Below are positions 63,981 through 64,000 of a DNA stretch of 64,000 bases, piece after piece. The notes beneath the pieces were generated by a model that worked only from the letters and a program-made list of their open reading frames with translations, did not search any database and was not told where the DNA came from. The translations under genes were made by a program, and so were the position numbers. The stretch's first letter is position 1. The number at the start of each line of letters is the position of its first letter. Location: positions 55,003 to 119,002 of the IMG/VR virus record IMGVR_UViG_3300021479_000008, one strand, 5' to 3'. This stretch comes from a virus (Duplodnaviria; Heunggongvirae; Uroviricota; Caudoviricetes).

Positions 63981-64000
63981 TGGACGCGGTATCCGTGCTG

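Noticed and set aside
1-64000. CRISPR arrays, IS elements or transposons
   Set aside because: No spacer-repeat architecture or transposase was seen. The repeated elements are promoter cassettes, a 12-mer motif and a 59-bp duplication rather than CRISPR repeats.

Overview
This window appears to be a contiguous piece of a large tailed (siphovirus-like) double-stranded DNA phage genome. Essentially every credible gene is on the minus strand, and neighbouring genes commonly overlap by 1 to 4 nt (ATGA-type stop/start overlaps). The plus-strand ORFs in the track lie inside minus-strand genes and look spurious. Reading in the direction of transcription (high to low coordinate), the window contains the following. 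(1) A GroES-like co-chaperonin, an HNH endonuclease and the large terminase. (2) A block of small genes plus a Clp-family AAA+ ATPase, an FtsK/SpoIIIE-like ATPase, a family-9 glycosyltransferase, an SPFH protein and a DUF2493/SLOG protein. (3) A sigma70-type promoter and a rho-independent terminator flanking the start of the virion module, which runs portal, protease/scaffold with an acidic tandem repeat, HK97-like major capsid protein, head-tail proteins including a pentapeptide-repeat protein, major tail protein, a tail assembly chaperone pair joined by a programmed -1 frameshift, a 1608-aa tape measure protein and a 1605-aa tail fiber. (4) A replication module: SF2 helicase, DnaB-like helicase, primase, 5'-3' exonuclease, a sigma-factor-like protein, a SWIB-domain protein, and a family A DNA polymerase carrying an N-terminal family-4 UDG-like domain. 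(5) A DNA-modification cluster at 5.6-11.8 kb that reads as a 7-deazaguanine-type pathway: an HNH domain fused to GTP cyclohydrolase I (FolE), QueD, a TGT/DpdA-like transglycosylase, a SAM methyltransferase, a P-loop NTPase, a radical SAM/SPASM enzyme and a GT4 glycosyltransferase. At least five homing-endonuclease-like genes are present. Nucleotide-level signals that the gene list does not explain are: a 12-mer GGTGCCAACTT(T) present at least 10 times in one orientation between 49.7 and 61.5 kb; eight copies of a conserved extended -10 promoter cassette (minus-strand sense TTTCTGTATAATA); a roughly 59-bp element duplicated at 27.4 kb and 49.1 kb; an in-frame 12-bp tandem repeat array; a tRNA-like T-arm signature at 11.85 kb; and a U_UUU_UUC slippery site that fuses the two tail chaperone ORFs. 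No CRISPR array, integrase, recognisable endolysin/holin or small terminase subunit was seen in the window. Nucleotide-level coordinates below were derived by hand and may be off by a few nt. Caveat on the most interesting call: the deazaguanine reading rests on FolE, QueD and a DpdA-like protein, but QueE and QueC were not recognised, so the base in the DNA and the roles of the tailoring enzymes are undetermined.
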